Part shown: piece by piece, positions 1 to 8,828 of the stretch
Position numbering within the stretch: the first letter of the stretch is position 1
Layout of the letters: every line of letters begins with the position of its first letter
NCBI RefSeq assembly: GCF_006345805.1
Contig: NW_021827045.1
Location: 1 to 11,290, forward strand
Direction of reading: 5' to 3'
Source of the DNA: Octopus sinensis
Lineage: Eukaryota
DNA length: 11,290 bases
Notes under the pieces: generated by a model
What the model saw: the letters and a program-made list of their open reading frames with translations, nothing else
Told to the model about the DNA's origin: nothing
Database searches by the model: none
Program-made: the position numbers and the translations under genes

Positions 1-628
1 GAATATATTCACAGACACGACAGAGTTTGGACTACATACACTGGAAGCTATGCCAACATTAGGAATAACAACAGAAAAAGATGGTATAGGCACACACCAG
101 AAAAGGTCACAGAAAACGAGAAAGCAACCATACTCTGGGATATGCCAATACCACTGACAGAGAAATTAAGGCCAACAGACCAGATATAGTTGTCAGAGAT
201 CATGAAGAAAAAATGCTTTCTAATTGATGTATCAATACCAGCAATGACACGTGTCTCTAAAAGAAATGGAGAAACTTTCAAAATACAAAGACCTGGAAAT
301 AGAGGTAACTAGAATGTGGAATCTAAAAACAGAAACAATTCCTATCATAGTATGTGCATTAGGCATGATAAAAAATATTCAGACAAATACATAACAAAAA
401 CACCAGGACTTACAAACACATATAATATACAGAAAATTGCACTACTAGGCAGTGCACACATCCTACGCAGAACACTCTCAATACAGTAACCATCAGAGCA
501 TCACAACAAATCACAGCACATACCCAAGGCACACAGAGCTGCGCTCGGTAGTGAAGTGAAAGCACGTTATAAAAATAAAACTACTGAATGATAACAATAA
601 TAATAATAATAACAACAACAACAACAAT
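1..628 (+). mobile_element. 3' end of R4/Dong-type non-LTR retrotransposon (restriction-like endonuclease domain, frameshifted), 3' UTR and (TAA/CAA)n tail
   Basis: Manual translation across frameshifts: EYIHRHDRV..YIHWKLCQH..WYRHTPEKVTENEKATILWDMPI..TDREIKANRPDIVVRDHEEK..CFLIDVSIPA..KEMEKLSKYKDLEIEVTRMWNLKTETIPIIVCALGMI..IQKIALLGSAHILRRTLSIQ* (stop 487-489). RHD, RPD..D, EK..KY and P...ALG are REL-domain motifs. Tail at 587-628. Confidence 0.9.
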
Positions 629-648
629 TTCTTTATTACCCACAAATA

Positions 649-995
649 ATAGCATGTTCCGGTGACAACAGGATCAAAGAGAAAGAGGAAGAAAAACTGA
701 ACAACTTCGACGATTTGAAGTGGAAAATACAAGGCGAGTAGAGATGATACCAATATTAATTGGTGCATTTGGCAGTATCAGCACTCAGCTACCAACAGGA
801 CTGAAAAAGATCGGTGCAAGTGTGAAGGTAAAACACCTACAAAAATCAGCATTGCTTGGAACTGCAAGAATTCTTTGCAGGGTTCTTCAAGCTTGACTAT
901 TAAACAAGTGTCACCTTAGTCTGCTGGCAGTGGACAGCTGACACTTCCCATCATACCCAGCAAAATAAGTTGTATGTTTTCATCAAATATAATAA

Positions 996-1032
<37 letters not shown>

Positions 1033-1053
1033 TAATAATAATAATAATAATAA
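649..1053 (+). mobile_element. Second, different 5'-truncated R4/Dong-type element (REL C-terminus, 3' UTR, (TAA)n tail)
   Basis: IACSGDNRIKEKEEEKLNNFDDLKWKIQ..(deletion)..VEMIPILIGAFGSISTQLPTGLKKIGASVKVKHLQKSALLGTARILCRVLQA* (stop 894-896). Homologous to the first element's C-terminus but with different DNA and 3' UTR. (TAA)n at 990-1053. Confidence 0.85.
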
Positions 1054-1604
1054 ATGCCCTGATGCAGTACCAGGCAGTGGCTCTCATGGCTTCTGATCTT
1101 ACCTGATTGGAAGTGTTATCATGTACATTGTTTTGTTTTGGTATAAAAGATGGGCTACAGCAATATTCTGCTCAATACCACAGATTTGCTTGTCAGTTGT
1201 TTGACCTTAACCAGGAGCATGTCCCTTAGTGGCTGACGATATGTGCATCTCTGATCACGAGCAGAAGTAGTGGGGGAGCATCATAGCCATGTGTTGAGAG
1301 GGTTCTTTGGGGTTTGAATAATTCACCTCTGGAAACATGGGTGGTTCTTTCAACATCCTTAAACAACCCTTATTCAGGACCTTTTGAGCGGGATGGGCTA
1401 CTCAACCTGAAGAAAATTCTAACTGGGCCCCACCTGCAAGGTCATGCGCTGTTTATCTTGATATGAGATCACCATGTCGCGCACATATGGTTGTGATGCA
1501 TGTGCCTGGTGTACCTTTATCAGACGGGTAGTCATGATGGGTATATTGGGCTTCGTATATTTTACCCCAGTGTCACTTTGATGGCATGCACTGCTCTCTC
1601 ACTC

Positions 1605-1658
<54 letters not shown>
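1054..1658 (+). mobile_element. ~550 bp non-coding repeat between (TAA)n tracts; probable long 3' UTR or non-autonomous TAA-targeting retroelement
   Basis: Bounded exactly by (TAA)n 990-1053 and (AAT)18 1605-1658; no convincing ORF; resembles an abundant octopus repeat from memory (unverified). Strand assumed from neighbours. Confidence 0.5.
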
Positions 1659-1850
1659 CGTTTCTTTATTGGTTACAAGGGCGAACACAAAAATAAAGTA
1701 AGGACAATCCAAAACATGGGACACGTGGGATTTAACATAAAAATCGATGAAACCACCGTAACTACTACCGCAACTACTCTGCACCACATCATTGGATCAT
1801 GATACGCGATATCACTCCACACTACAACCTCCATCACATCACAATGACTC

Positions 1851-2017
1851 CAAATTTTAGCACAAATCCTGCAATTTCAGGGGAAGATGATCAGTCGATT
1901 ACATAGACCTCTCAAGTCGTACTTATTTTATCGACTCCGAGAGAGTGAAAACCAAAGTCAACTTCGGCGGTATTTGAACTCAGAACGTAAAGACCCGAAA
2001 GAAATACCGCAAAGCAT
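1851..2017 (-). mobile_element. Degenerate, 5'-truncated tRNA-derived SINE
   Basis: Minus-strand B-box-like GAGTTCAAATACC (1981-1969); shares GTACTTATTTTATCG (1919-1933) exactly with the SINE at 2438-2452. Confidence 0.7.
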
Positions 2018-2177
2018 GTGGAGTAAGGTCACTGTCGACATGCCGCTAGTATTGATAGAGTGTTAAATACTTTCGGTATACAAATTAGGGACTTCTCCAT
2101 AAAGTAACTGCTGTATTTGTTGAGGATGTAAACAGGTTGTCTGCTTGTTTCTCTGGAGATTGTCAAAATGATGTGGA

Positions 2178-2222
2178 CGCCTCTGAAGAGAACTCAATGA
2201 GGTTCAAAAATCGATTAAAGTT
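2178..2222 (+). ncRNA. Degenerate minimal type-I hammerhead ribozyme motif (G12A)
   Basis: CTGAAGA (2183-2189), stem II GAAC..GTTC (2190-2205), AAAA in place of GAAA, palindromic stem III AATCGATT (2209-2216), UA site; stem I poor. Confidence 0.55.
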
Positions 2223-2326
2223 GCTCATCATTTTTTCAATCTGGGGAGAAGTGGCTAAAATGTGCTGTTTATTAATATATCATATGTTATATACATACAT
2301 ACATACACACACACACATATATATAT

Positions 2327-2525
2327 CTCTTTTACTCTTTTACTCTTTTACATGTTTCAGTCATTTGACTGTGGCCATGCTGGAGCACCGCCTTTATTCG
2401 AGCAAATCGACCCCGGGACCTATTCTTTGTAAGCCCAGTACTTATTTTATCGGTCTCTTTTGCCGAACCGCTAAGTGACGGAGACGTAAACACACTAGCA
2501 TCGGGAGACAAACACAGACACACAA

Positions 2526-2556
<31 letters not shown>

Positions 2557-2741
2557 CACACACACACACATACATATATATATATACATATATACGACAG
2601 GCTTCTTTCAGTTTCCGTCTACCAAATCCACCCACAAGGCTATAGCAGAAGACACTTGCCCAAGATGCCACGCAGTGGGACTGAACCCGGAACCATGTGG
2701 TTGGTTAGCAAGCTACTTACCACACAACCACTCCTGCGCCT
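2327..2741 (-). mobile_element. Near full-length tRNA-derived SINE (CORE-SINE-like) with internal CA/TA microsatellite
   Basis: Minus-strand head AGGCGCAGGAGTGGTTGTGTGGTAAG with A-box (2730-2720) and B-box GGTTCAGTCCC (2687-2677), then CORE-like CTTGGGCAAGT; internal microsatellite ~2508-2594; tail (TAAAAGAG)3 at 2350-2327. Confidence 0.85.
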
Positions 2742-2843
2742 GTCTCAAAGCCGTAGGGCGCCTGTGTCATCCATGTTTTTAACCGTTACTGTCTCCAAAA
2801 AAGATTTTTCGTTTCTTGTTCGTCTCTGTTGCGCTGCATTCTT

Positions 2844-2909
2844 TCCTTCTGTGGCTGACTGATTCAGAGCGGATCTCAGAATTAAACAGCCGAAATCTGC
2901 GATGAGGGA
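2844..2909 (+). ncRNA. Decayed type-I hammerhead-like motif
   Basis: Stem I TCCTT (2844-2848)/AGGGA (2905-2909), truncated core CTGT, stem II GGCTG (2853-2857)/CAGCC (2887-2891), GAAA (2892-2895), stem III ATC-tgc-GAT, G at the cleavage position. Confidence 0.35.
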
Positions 2910-3007
2910 TCAGTTTCTGACTGAAGAATGAAGGCTTTGAATGACCCGTTTGTCTTTTGTTCGTCCCTTCGTGTATTTCACGTTATTTTTTATGTAAAGG
3001 TTTATTA

Positions 3008-3032
3008 TTATACATATATATATATATACACA

Positions 3033-3092
<60 letters not shown>

Positions 3093-3112
3093 TATATATA
3101 ATATATATATAT
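3008..3112. repeat. (TA)n microsatellite, interrupted
   Basis: Directly visible. Confidence 0.95.
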
Positions 3113-3444
3113 CATATAAATTAGTGTACGTTTTATACACAAAAGTAGGTGACCTTTAACAGGACACCTTACATGATGGAAGGGCAGTTAAAGCACAAAT
3201 TACGAATAAGAGGAATTTGAAAGGGAATGAAAAATAAAAACATTTCAGTAGTTACCCTTAAACTCGAGTTTCTGCATCAATGTGCAAATGAATTAATTTC
3301 CCATCCGTGCGCTAAAATTAATGCATTTTATGCAACACTGAAGACACTCGTGTCTTTCCTTTGATGAGAAATCGGTCCAATACACCATGTGAACCTTTTG
3401 AACTTTTCTAAACTTTCTCGTACTTTCTGCTTTTTCTCCTTGTT

Positions 3445-3482
3445 TCTTTCTGTGGAAGAGCGTAGGCTCGAAACGTAAAAGA
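3445..3482 (+). ncRNA. Minimal type-I hammerhead motif with variant core (CUGUGGA), probably in a Penelope-like pseudo-LTR fragment (~3400-3550)
   Basis: Stem I TCTTT (3445-3449)/AAAGA (3478-3482); CTGTGGA-A; stem II GAGC-gtag-GCTC; GAAA (3470-3473); palindromic stem III ACGT; GUA site. Confidence 0.65.
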
Positions 3483-3573
3483 CTTTCTCACTTCCCGAGC
3501 GTTAAACTAATACATCTGTTTGTTGTTTACATACCTGTCTTCGTCTTCCGTCCTTTTTTTTTTTTGGCAACTT

Positions 3574-4597
3574 GGGGAATTTTCCTTGTTTTGTACGTCC
3601 TGTACTCTATTTTTTCGTTGTTTTAAAAAAATGTCCATTTCCTTGGTTTTGTGTTTATGTTTTCGTTTCTCATTGTGTTCGACGTTTTTTTTGGTGTCCT
3701 GTACCCATATATGCATGTATATATACATGTAGAGGTAGGTACGTACATATATGTATGTATGCATGTGTTTTATTTATTTATTAATTTATTATATGACAGA
3801 ACGCACGCATCCCTTTCTAAGTAAGATTGTTCTTAATATTAATTGATGCGCACTCTTAACCTTTCTCTCCCCTCCCTTTCTCAGCCTTCATTCTTTGGGC
3901 TTTCCTTTTCTTCCACTTTACTGTCTCTTCCTCTCTCTCTCATTCTTCATTCTTTTCGTTTTCTCTACAAACATTCCTCTTCTTTTCTCTCTTCTTTTCT
4001 CCCCCTTCTCTTACTCCTCCTCCTCCCTCCCATCGCGGTCACGTGATGAGATGGCTATTTCTGTCTTTCCTTTCCTGGTCTCCGTCAAGTAGAGACGGTA
4101 ATCCTCTCTACCGTCCTCAAACAATAGCGTTCGTAAAAATTTTTTATCTCGTTTGGTTTAACAGCCCTTCTTGTTTGTGTTACTGTTATTCTCTGTCCTG
4201 TCTTTTACTGTTTATATTTTGTACTGTCGATACTGTCCTGTTTTTGTTACCATTTTTACCCCTCCGCAAAAAAATCTCAAATTTTATTTAATTTGATTTT
4301 CGCGGGAAGGAAAATTTCATTGAAGTCATGTATCGCCTTGACCTTCGAAACGTGGAGTAGATGAAATTAAGGCGACTGAAGAAGGGGAATTTTCCTTGTT
4401 TTGTATGTCATGTACTCTATTTTTTCGTTGTTTTAAAAAAAATGTCCATTTCCTTGGTTTTGTGTTTATGGTTTCGTTTCTCATTGTGTTCGACGTTTTT
4501 TTGGTGTCCTGTACCCATATATGCGTGTATGTATACTGTAGAGGTAGGTACGTACATATATGTATGTATATATGCATATGTTTATTTATTTATTAAT
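3574..4597. mobile_element. ~1 kb non-coding element bounded by ~210 bp direct repeats (3574-3785 and 4384-4597)
   Basis: Both copies run GGGGAATTTTCCTTGTTTTG...GTAGAGGTAGGTACGTACATATATG...TTTATTTATTTATTAAT with few differences; pyrimidine-rich interior; no TG..CA ends or primer-binding site seen. Confidence 0.7.
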
Positions 4598-4601
4598 CTT
4601 T

Positions 4602-4606
4602 CATAT

Positions 4607-4657
<51 letters not shown>

Positions 4658-4679
4658 TATATACGTGCATATATATATA
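4602..4679. repeat. (TA)n microsatellite
   Basis: Directly visible. Confidence 0.95.
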
Positions 4680-5216
4680 ACTCCTAGAAAGTTGGGGGTT
4701 GTGAGTCCAACCCACTAAGGGATAATATCTATCCAATATACTGCTGGTAGAATACCCAATTATTAAAACACAAGTGTTTTTTATTGGATTGCAATTACAT
4801 TACCTAGTGTATTAAATGGGTGAAGGTAAAGAGATATTTTACCATTAACTTATATGCAAATAAGAAAATGGAGGAGAACAATAGTTGGTTCATCAACTTT
4901 AGGACATTAAATATATTAACTTATTTATTTATCAAACTGATAATCATAATAACATACATATAACATATTATTCGATGCATAAAAGATAAGGATACAAGTA
5001 ATTATTAAAAAAAACATGAATATAAATTAGTAAAATAACTTACAGCTGTTTCAGCCCATAGATAAAAGTATCTCATTCTGCCTATATTAGTCAAGTGTAT
5101 TGAGATAATAGGCAGTTGAAAATGTGGTACCTGCATATAATCTCTAGGCTTCGTCAGAGATTATAAAGTACAATCATAATAAATATAAATATAAAACAAA
5201 ATACAGACACATTTGA
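4680..5216 (-). mobile_element. Hammerhead-bearing non-coding insert in (TA)n; Penelope-like or retrozyme-like fragment
   Basis: Flanked on both sides by (TA)n; carries an intact hammerhead core on the minus strand; no ORF. Confidence 0.5.
5035..5164 (-). ncRNA. Type-I hammerhead ribozyme with intact core and very long stem-II insert
   Basis: Minus strand: ATAATCT - CTGACGA (5157-5151) - AGCCTA..86 nt..TGGGCT - GAAA (5052-5049) - CAGCTG - TA - AGTTAT. Palindromic stem III ACAGCTGT, GUA site at 5043-5041, stem I with one bulge. Confidence 0.7.
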
Positions 5217-5342
5217 ATATATATATATATATATAATATATATATATATCAGTAATAATAAAAGGTGAACTAATTAATTAGGGATAATTATCAATTACAC
5301 CAAGTAGATTTCAGCATGTAAAAGCCCCATTCGAGGAAAATT

Positions 5343-5595
5343 TAAGTAATACTAAGTAATTAAGGGTTTAGCAACGAATTGCCTCCCAACACACCGACCG
5401 AATTTAGAAATAGCAGTCAAAGATATAGCTATTCCTTCTACTAAAGGGGATCTCAGTAAAAACACAGCAAGTTCTGTGTTTTTACTGAGATCCCCCTTTT
5501 AGTAGAAGGAATAGCTATCTCTTTGACTGCTATTTCTAAATTCGGTGTGTTGGTGAGGCAATTCGTTGCTAACCTTAATTACTTAGTATTACTTA
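5343..5595. repeat. Long inverted repeat, ~123 bp arms, 6-nt spacer
   Basis: 5343-5467 is the near-perfect reverse complement of 5474-5595; spacer CAAGTT at 5468-5473; a few small indels. Confidence 0.95.
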
Positions 5596-5629
5596 TATAT
5601 ATATATATTATATATATATAGATAGATAG

Positions 5630-5724
<95 letters not shown>
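5596..5724. repeat. (TA)n followed by (GATA)n microsatellite
   Basis: Directly visible. Confidence 0.95.
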
Positions 5725-5852
5725 GCATATATGGTTATACATAATTAATTATATATACTGAAATATATATACACATCCACATCCATAAATGCATATATAA
5801 TATTCAGTTATTACTAATATTATTATTATTAATATTAGATTAGGTGTATATG

Positions 5853-5864
5853 TATATATATATA

Positions 5865-5941
<77 letters not shown>
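5853..5941. repeat. (TA)n microsatellite
   Basis: Directly visible. Confidence 0.95.
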
Positions 5942-5943
<2 letters not shown>

Positions 5944-6029
5944 TAGTGAGAAAGTTGGTGTGTGAAAGCACGTGGTTGAATATATAGAAATAGTAAAAAG
6001 TGAAAAAACTACAGAAGGCTTGTTTTAAA

Positions 6030-6190
6030 AGGTTAAAAAATATATTTGAGTCATTATGTCAGAAGAATGTTATAAAATTTTTTCATAAAGTGACATAGTT
6101 TTTGAAGAAATTTCTTCAAAAATTATGTCACTGTATGAAAAATTTTATAACATTCTTCTGACATAATGACTCAAATATATTTTTTAACCT
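6030..6190. repeat. Spacer-less palindrome, ~80 bp arms
   Basis: Centre ...TTTGAAGAAA|TTTCTTCAAA... at 6110/6111; ends AGGTTAAAAAA and TTTTTTAACCT; about three differences between arms. Confidence 0.95.
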
Positions 6191-6196
6191 GCTATA

Positions 6197-6238
<42 letters not shown>

Positions 6239-6311
6239 CAGCCAAAAGTTTAATTTAGATGGAGAAAAAGCGGGTGAATATGTCTGATTTTTGTTAATAA
6301 TGTTTACAACG

Positions 6312-6348
6312 TCAGGCATGTTTCGGTCTTATTAGCCCTCCTCGGTGA
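6312..6348 (-). ncRNA. Degenerate minimal type-I hammerhead motif
   Basis: Minus strand: TCA-CCGAGGA-GGGCT-aata-AGACC-GAAA-CATG-CC-TGA; U4C and U16.1C changes; palindromic CATG in stem III; 3 bp stem I. Confidence 0.45.
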
Positions 6349-6659
6349 AACATACTTTATTCATTGACTGCCAATATCTGAGAACTAGTAATAAAAGTAG
6401 TTTTTCTTTTATTAATGTGAAAGAAAATTGAATAATTAGACAGGTTAAAATAAAAGGCGTTGGAAAATGCGAACAGTTCCTTTTGTACCATAAGGAACGC
6501 TTTTCGAGTTAGCAGTAGAAATATGCTGAACGTCAAGCCTACACCTCCTCCTCTATTTCATTACCTTATCTTCTTTTTCTCCTTCTCTATCACCATATTT
6601 TTCCAGTTCTTTCCTTCTTCTCTTTTCACTGTCTATTCCATATTATTACCATCATTCTG

Positions 6660-6692
6660 CATATATAAATATATGTATATGTGTATATATAC

Positions 6693-6723
<31 letters not shown>

Positions 6724-6911
6724 GATATATAGAGAGAGAGAGAGAGGGAGAGTGAGAGTGAGTGAGTGAGAGAGAGAGTCAGAGTGTGTGAGAGATACAT
6801 ACATACCTACATATATATGTAGCCATACATATGTATGCATATATATATAGATATATCTACATATATATGTGTGTTTTGTGTGTATATGCCTATACACTAT
6901 GAACATACACA

Positions 6912-6969
<58 letters not shown>

Positions 6970-6990
6970 GGAATGAATGAATGAATGAAT
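6660..6990. repeat. Compound TA/GA/TACA/GAAT microsatellite block
   Basis: Directly visible. Confidence 0.9.
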
Positions 6991-7102
6991 AATGAGGGAA
7001 TGTTTCTGGAAAGAATCAACCGAAATTTTCAGAACCTCAAATGTATTCCATAAGTGGTAACAGTTGTGCATTGGGTTGGCAGATATAATTCCTTAACTAT
7101 CT

Positions 7103-7191
7103 CCACCGTCACCACCACTACCACCACAACCACCACCACCATCTCCACTACAACCACCACCACCCACACCTCCATCACCACCACCACCACC
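7103..7191. repeat. Imperfect (ACC)n
   Basis: Directly visible; source of the poly-T and poly-V ORFs. Confidence 0.9.
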
Positions 7192-7418
7192 ATCCGGACT
7201 CTTTTGGGTAACGAGGTAGGCCACCCGCAGTTAATAGTGTCATGTGTAACAAAGGACAACAGCATGGGGTTTTTTTACGCCCTCCCCCTCACGCTTCTCC
7301 CCGCCTCCTCCTCTTCCTCCTCCTTACATCCTAATCCACCTCCACCTTCTCCTCACACTATTTAACACACAAAGAATTCTGGCCTCTTTGACAAACAACC
7401 AATATTTGAAGAAGCTAG

Positions 7419-7503
7419 GGTTGTTGTTGTTGTTGTTGTTGTTTTGGTGGTGGTGGTGGTTGGTGGTGGTGGTGGCTGGTTGTTGATTGTTGTTGTTTTG
7501 TTC
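7419..7503. repeat. (GTT)n/(GGT)n microsatellite
   Basis: Directly visible. Confidence 0.9.
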
Positions 7504-7511
7504 ATAGTACA

Positions 7512-8040
7512 TGTGTGTTTATGTGTGTGTGTGTGTTTTGCTGTATGAGTGTGTGTGTGTGAGAGAGAGAGAGTGTGTGTTTATGTGAATGTATCTGTGC
7601 GTATGAATGTATTCGTGTGTGACTGCGTATGCATCTTTGTGTGTGTATTAGTGTGAATGTGTGTACATGTGGACGTTTGTCAGTGTGTGCTTCTATGTGT
7701 GTGTGTATGTGTGTTTCTATGTGTGTGTGTTTCTGTGTGTATGTGTGTTTCTGTGTGTGTGTGTTTCTCTGTGTGTGTTTTTCTCTGTGTGTGTTTCTGT
7801 GCGTGTGTTTCTGTGTGTGTGTGTTTCTCTGTGTGTTTCTCTGTGTGTTTCTCTGTGTGTTTCTCTGTGTGTGTGTTTCTCTGTGTGTGTGTTTCTCTGT
7901 GTGTGTTTTTCTCTGTGTGTGTTTCTGTGCGTGTGTTTCTGTGTGTGTGTGTTTCTCTGTGTGTTTCTGTGTGTGTGTGTTTCTCTGTGTGTATGAGAGA
8001 GAGAGCGAGACAGAAAAAGAGAGAAAGAGAGTGAGAGAGA
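7512..8040. repeat. GT-derived complex microsatellite/minisatellite ((GT)n-TTCT(CT) units) ending in (GA)n
   Basis: Recurring GTGTGTTTCTCT units at ~7685-7992 with an internal block duplication. Confidence 0.9.
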
Positions 8041-8262
8041 TACAGAGTATACCTATATTTGTTTGAAAGATTATGTACTTTCGCACGTGGGCGGTGTGTT
8101 TTGCGTTGTAAGTATGCATAAGTAATCGTACACACACGCACACACACATAGCCACACATAGCCACACACACACGCACACAAACGCACATACACACACGAT
8201 CATAGCCAGAAGCACAACCTATGGGAGTGTGATTATGTGTCTGTATGTGTATCTGTATGCCC

Positions 8263-8280
8263 TGTGTGTGTGTGTGTGTG

Positions 8281-8341
<61 letters not shown>

Positions 8342-8350
8342 TGTGTGTGT
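8263..8350. repeat. (GT)n microsatellite
   Basis: Directly visible. Confidence 0.95.
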
Positions 8351-8389
8351 ATACTGTATGTATATATGCTTTATCTATTACTTTTTTTT

Positions 8390-8660
8390 CCATCATTGGA
8401 CTGCAGCCACGATGGGGTACCGCTTCGAAAAGTACAGTGGAGCAAACGACAATGTATCCTTACGCTATCGATGCGTTTTGCCGAATCGCTAAGTTATGGG
8501 GACGTAAACAAACCAACACTAGTTATCAAGCGTCGTCGTCGGTGGAGGGAGAAATATAAAGACACATACACAGATACATACACACATACACATACATACA
8601 TACATACATACAATACATACATACATACATACATACACATACATACATACATACATGCAT
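8390..8660 (-). mobile_element. Degenerate 3' half of the SINE family seen at 2327-2741
   Basis: TTTTGCCGAATCGCTAAGTTATGGGGACGTAAACA matches TTTTGCCGAACCGCTAAGTGACGGAGACGTAAACA (2458-2492); TCATTGGACTGCAGCCACG matches TCATTTGACTGTGGCCATG; runs into (TACA)n; tRNA head missing. Confidence 0.8.
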
Positions 8661-8700
8661 ACATATATATATATACATATATATACATATATATAAATAT

Positions 8701-8828
8701 TTATAAATAAGGGCAAAAAAAAATTTTTTGTCAATATGTTGAAAAATAGACGCTAGATTGTCCATTTTTATCGTCTGTTTTTCAGCATACTGAAAATATT
8801 TGTTTTTTCTTTTCGCCTTTATTTATAA
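8701..8828. repeat. Imperfect inverted repeat (~128 bp)
   Basis: 8701-8714 pairs with 8815-8828 (1 mismatch); 8731-8752 pairs with 8772-8793 (3 mismatches). Confidence 0.8.

Noticed and set aside
1-489. Programmed frameshifting in the REL ORF
   Set aside because: Multiple scattered single-base losses fit decay or long-read consensus errors better.
48-768. Minus-strand ORFs 48-281 and 511-768
   Set aside because: Antisense to the frameshifted REL coding remnants on the plus strand.
2670-2741. tRNA gene
   Set aside because: A and B boxes belong to the SINE head; no complete cloverleaf or terminator.
3338-3377. CTGAAGA with hairpin AAGACAC/GTGTCTT, and TTGATGA-GAAA-TCGGTC
   Set aside because: Hammerhead-like words, but the first has no following GAAA and the second has no stem II or stem I.
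5289-5337. Minus-strand CTCGAATG-GGGC..GCT-GAAA-TCTACT resembling a hammerhead
   Set aside because: Core too divergent and no stem I; not counted.
6460-6732. ORF ENANSSFCTIRNAFRVSSRNMLNVK as a possible GIY-YIG C-terminus
   Set aside because: Only a vague LN.K resemblance; the rest is low complexity.
7029-7512. Poly-Thr, poly-Val and poly-Asn ORFs
   Set aside because: Trinucleotide repeats with no domain or splice evidence.
7502-8765. Long ORFs (up to 238 aa) rich in H/T/Q/K or C/V
   Set aside because: Translations of GT/CA microsatellites, open in many frames on both strands.
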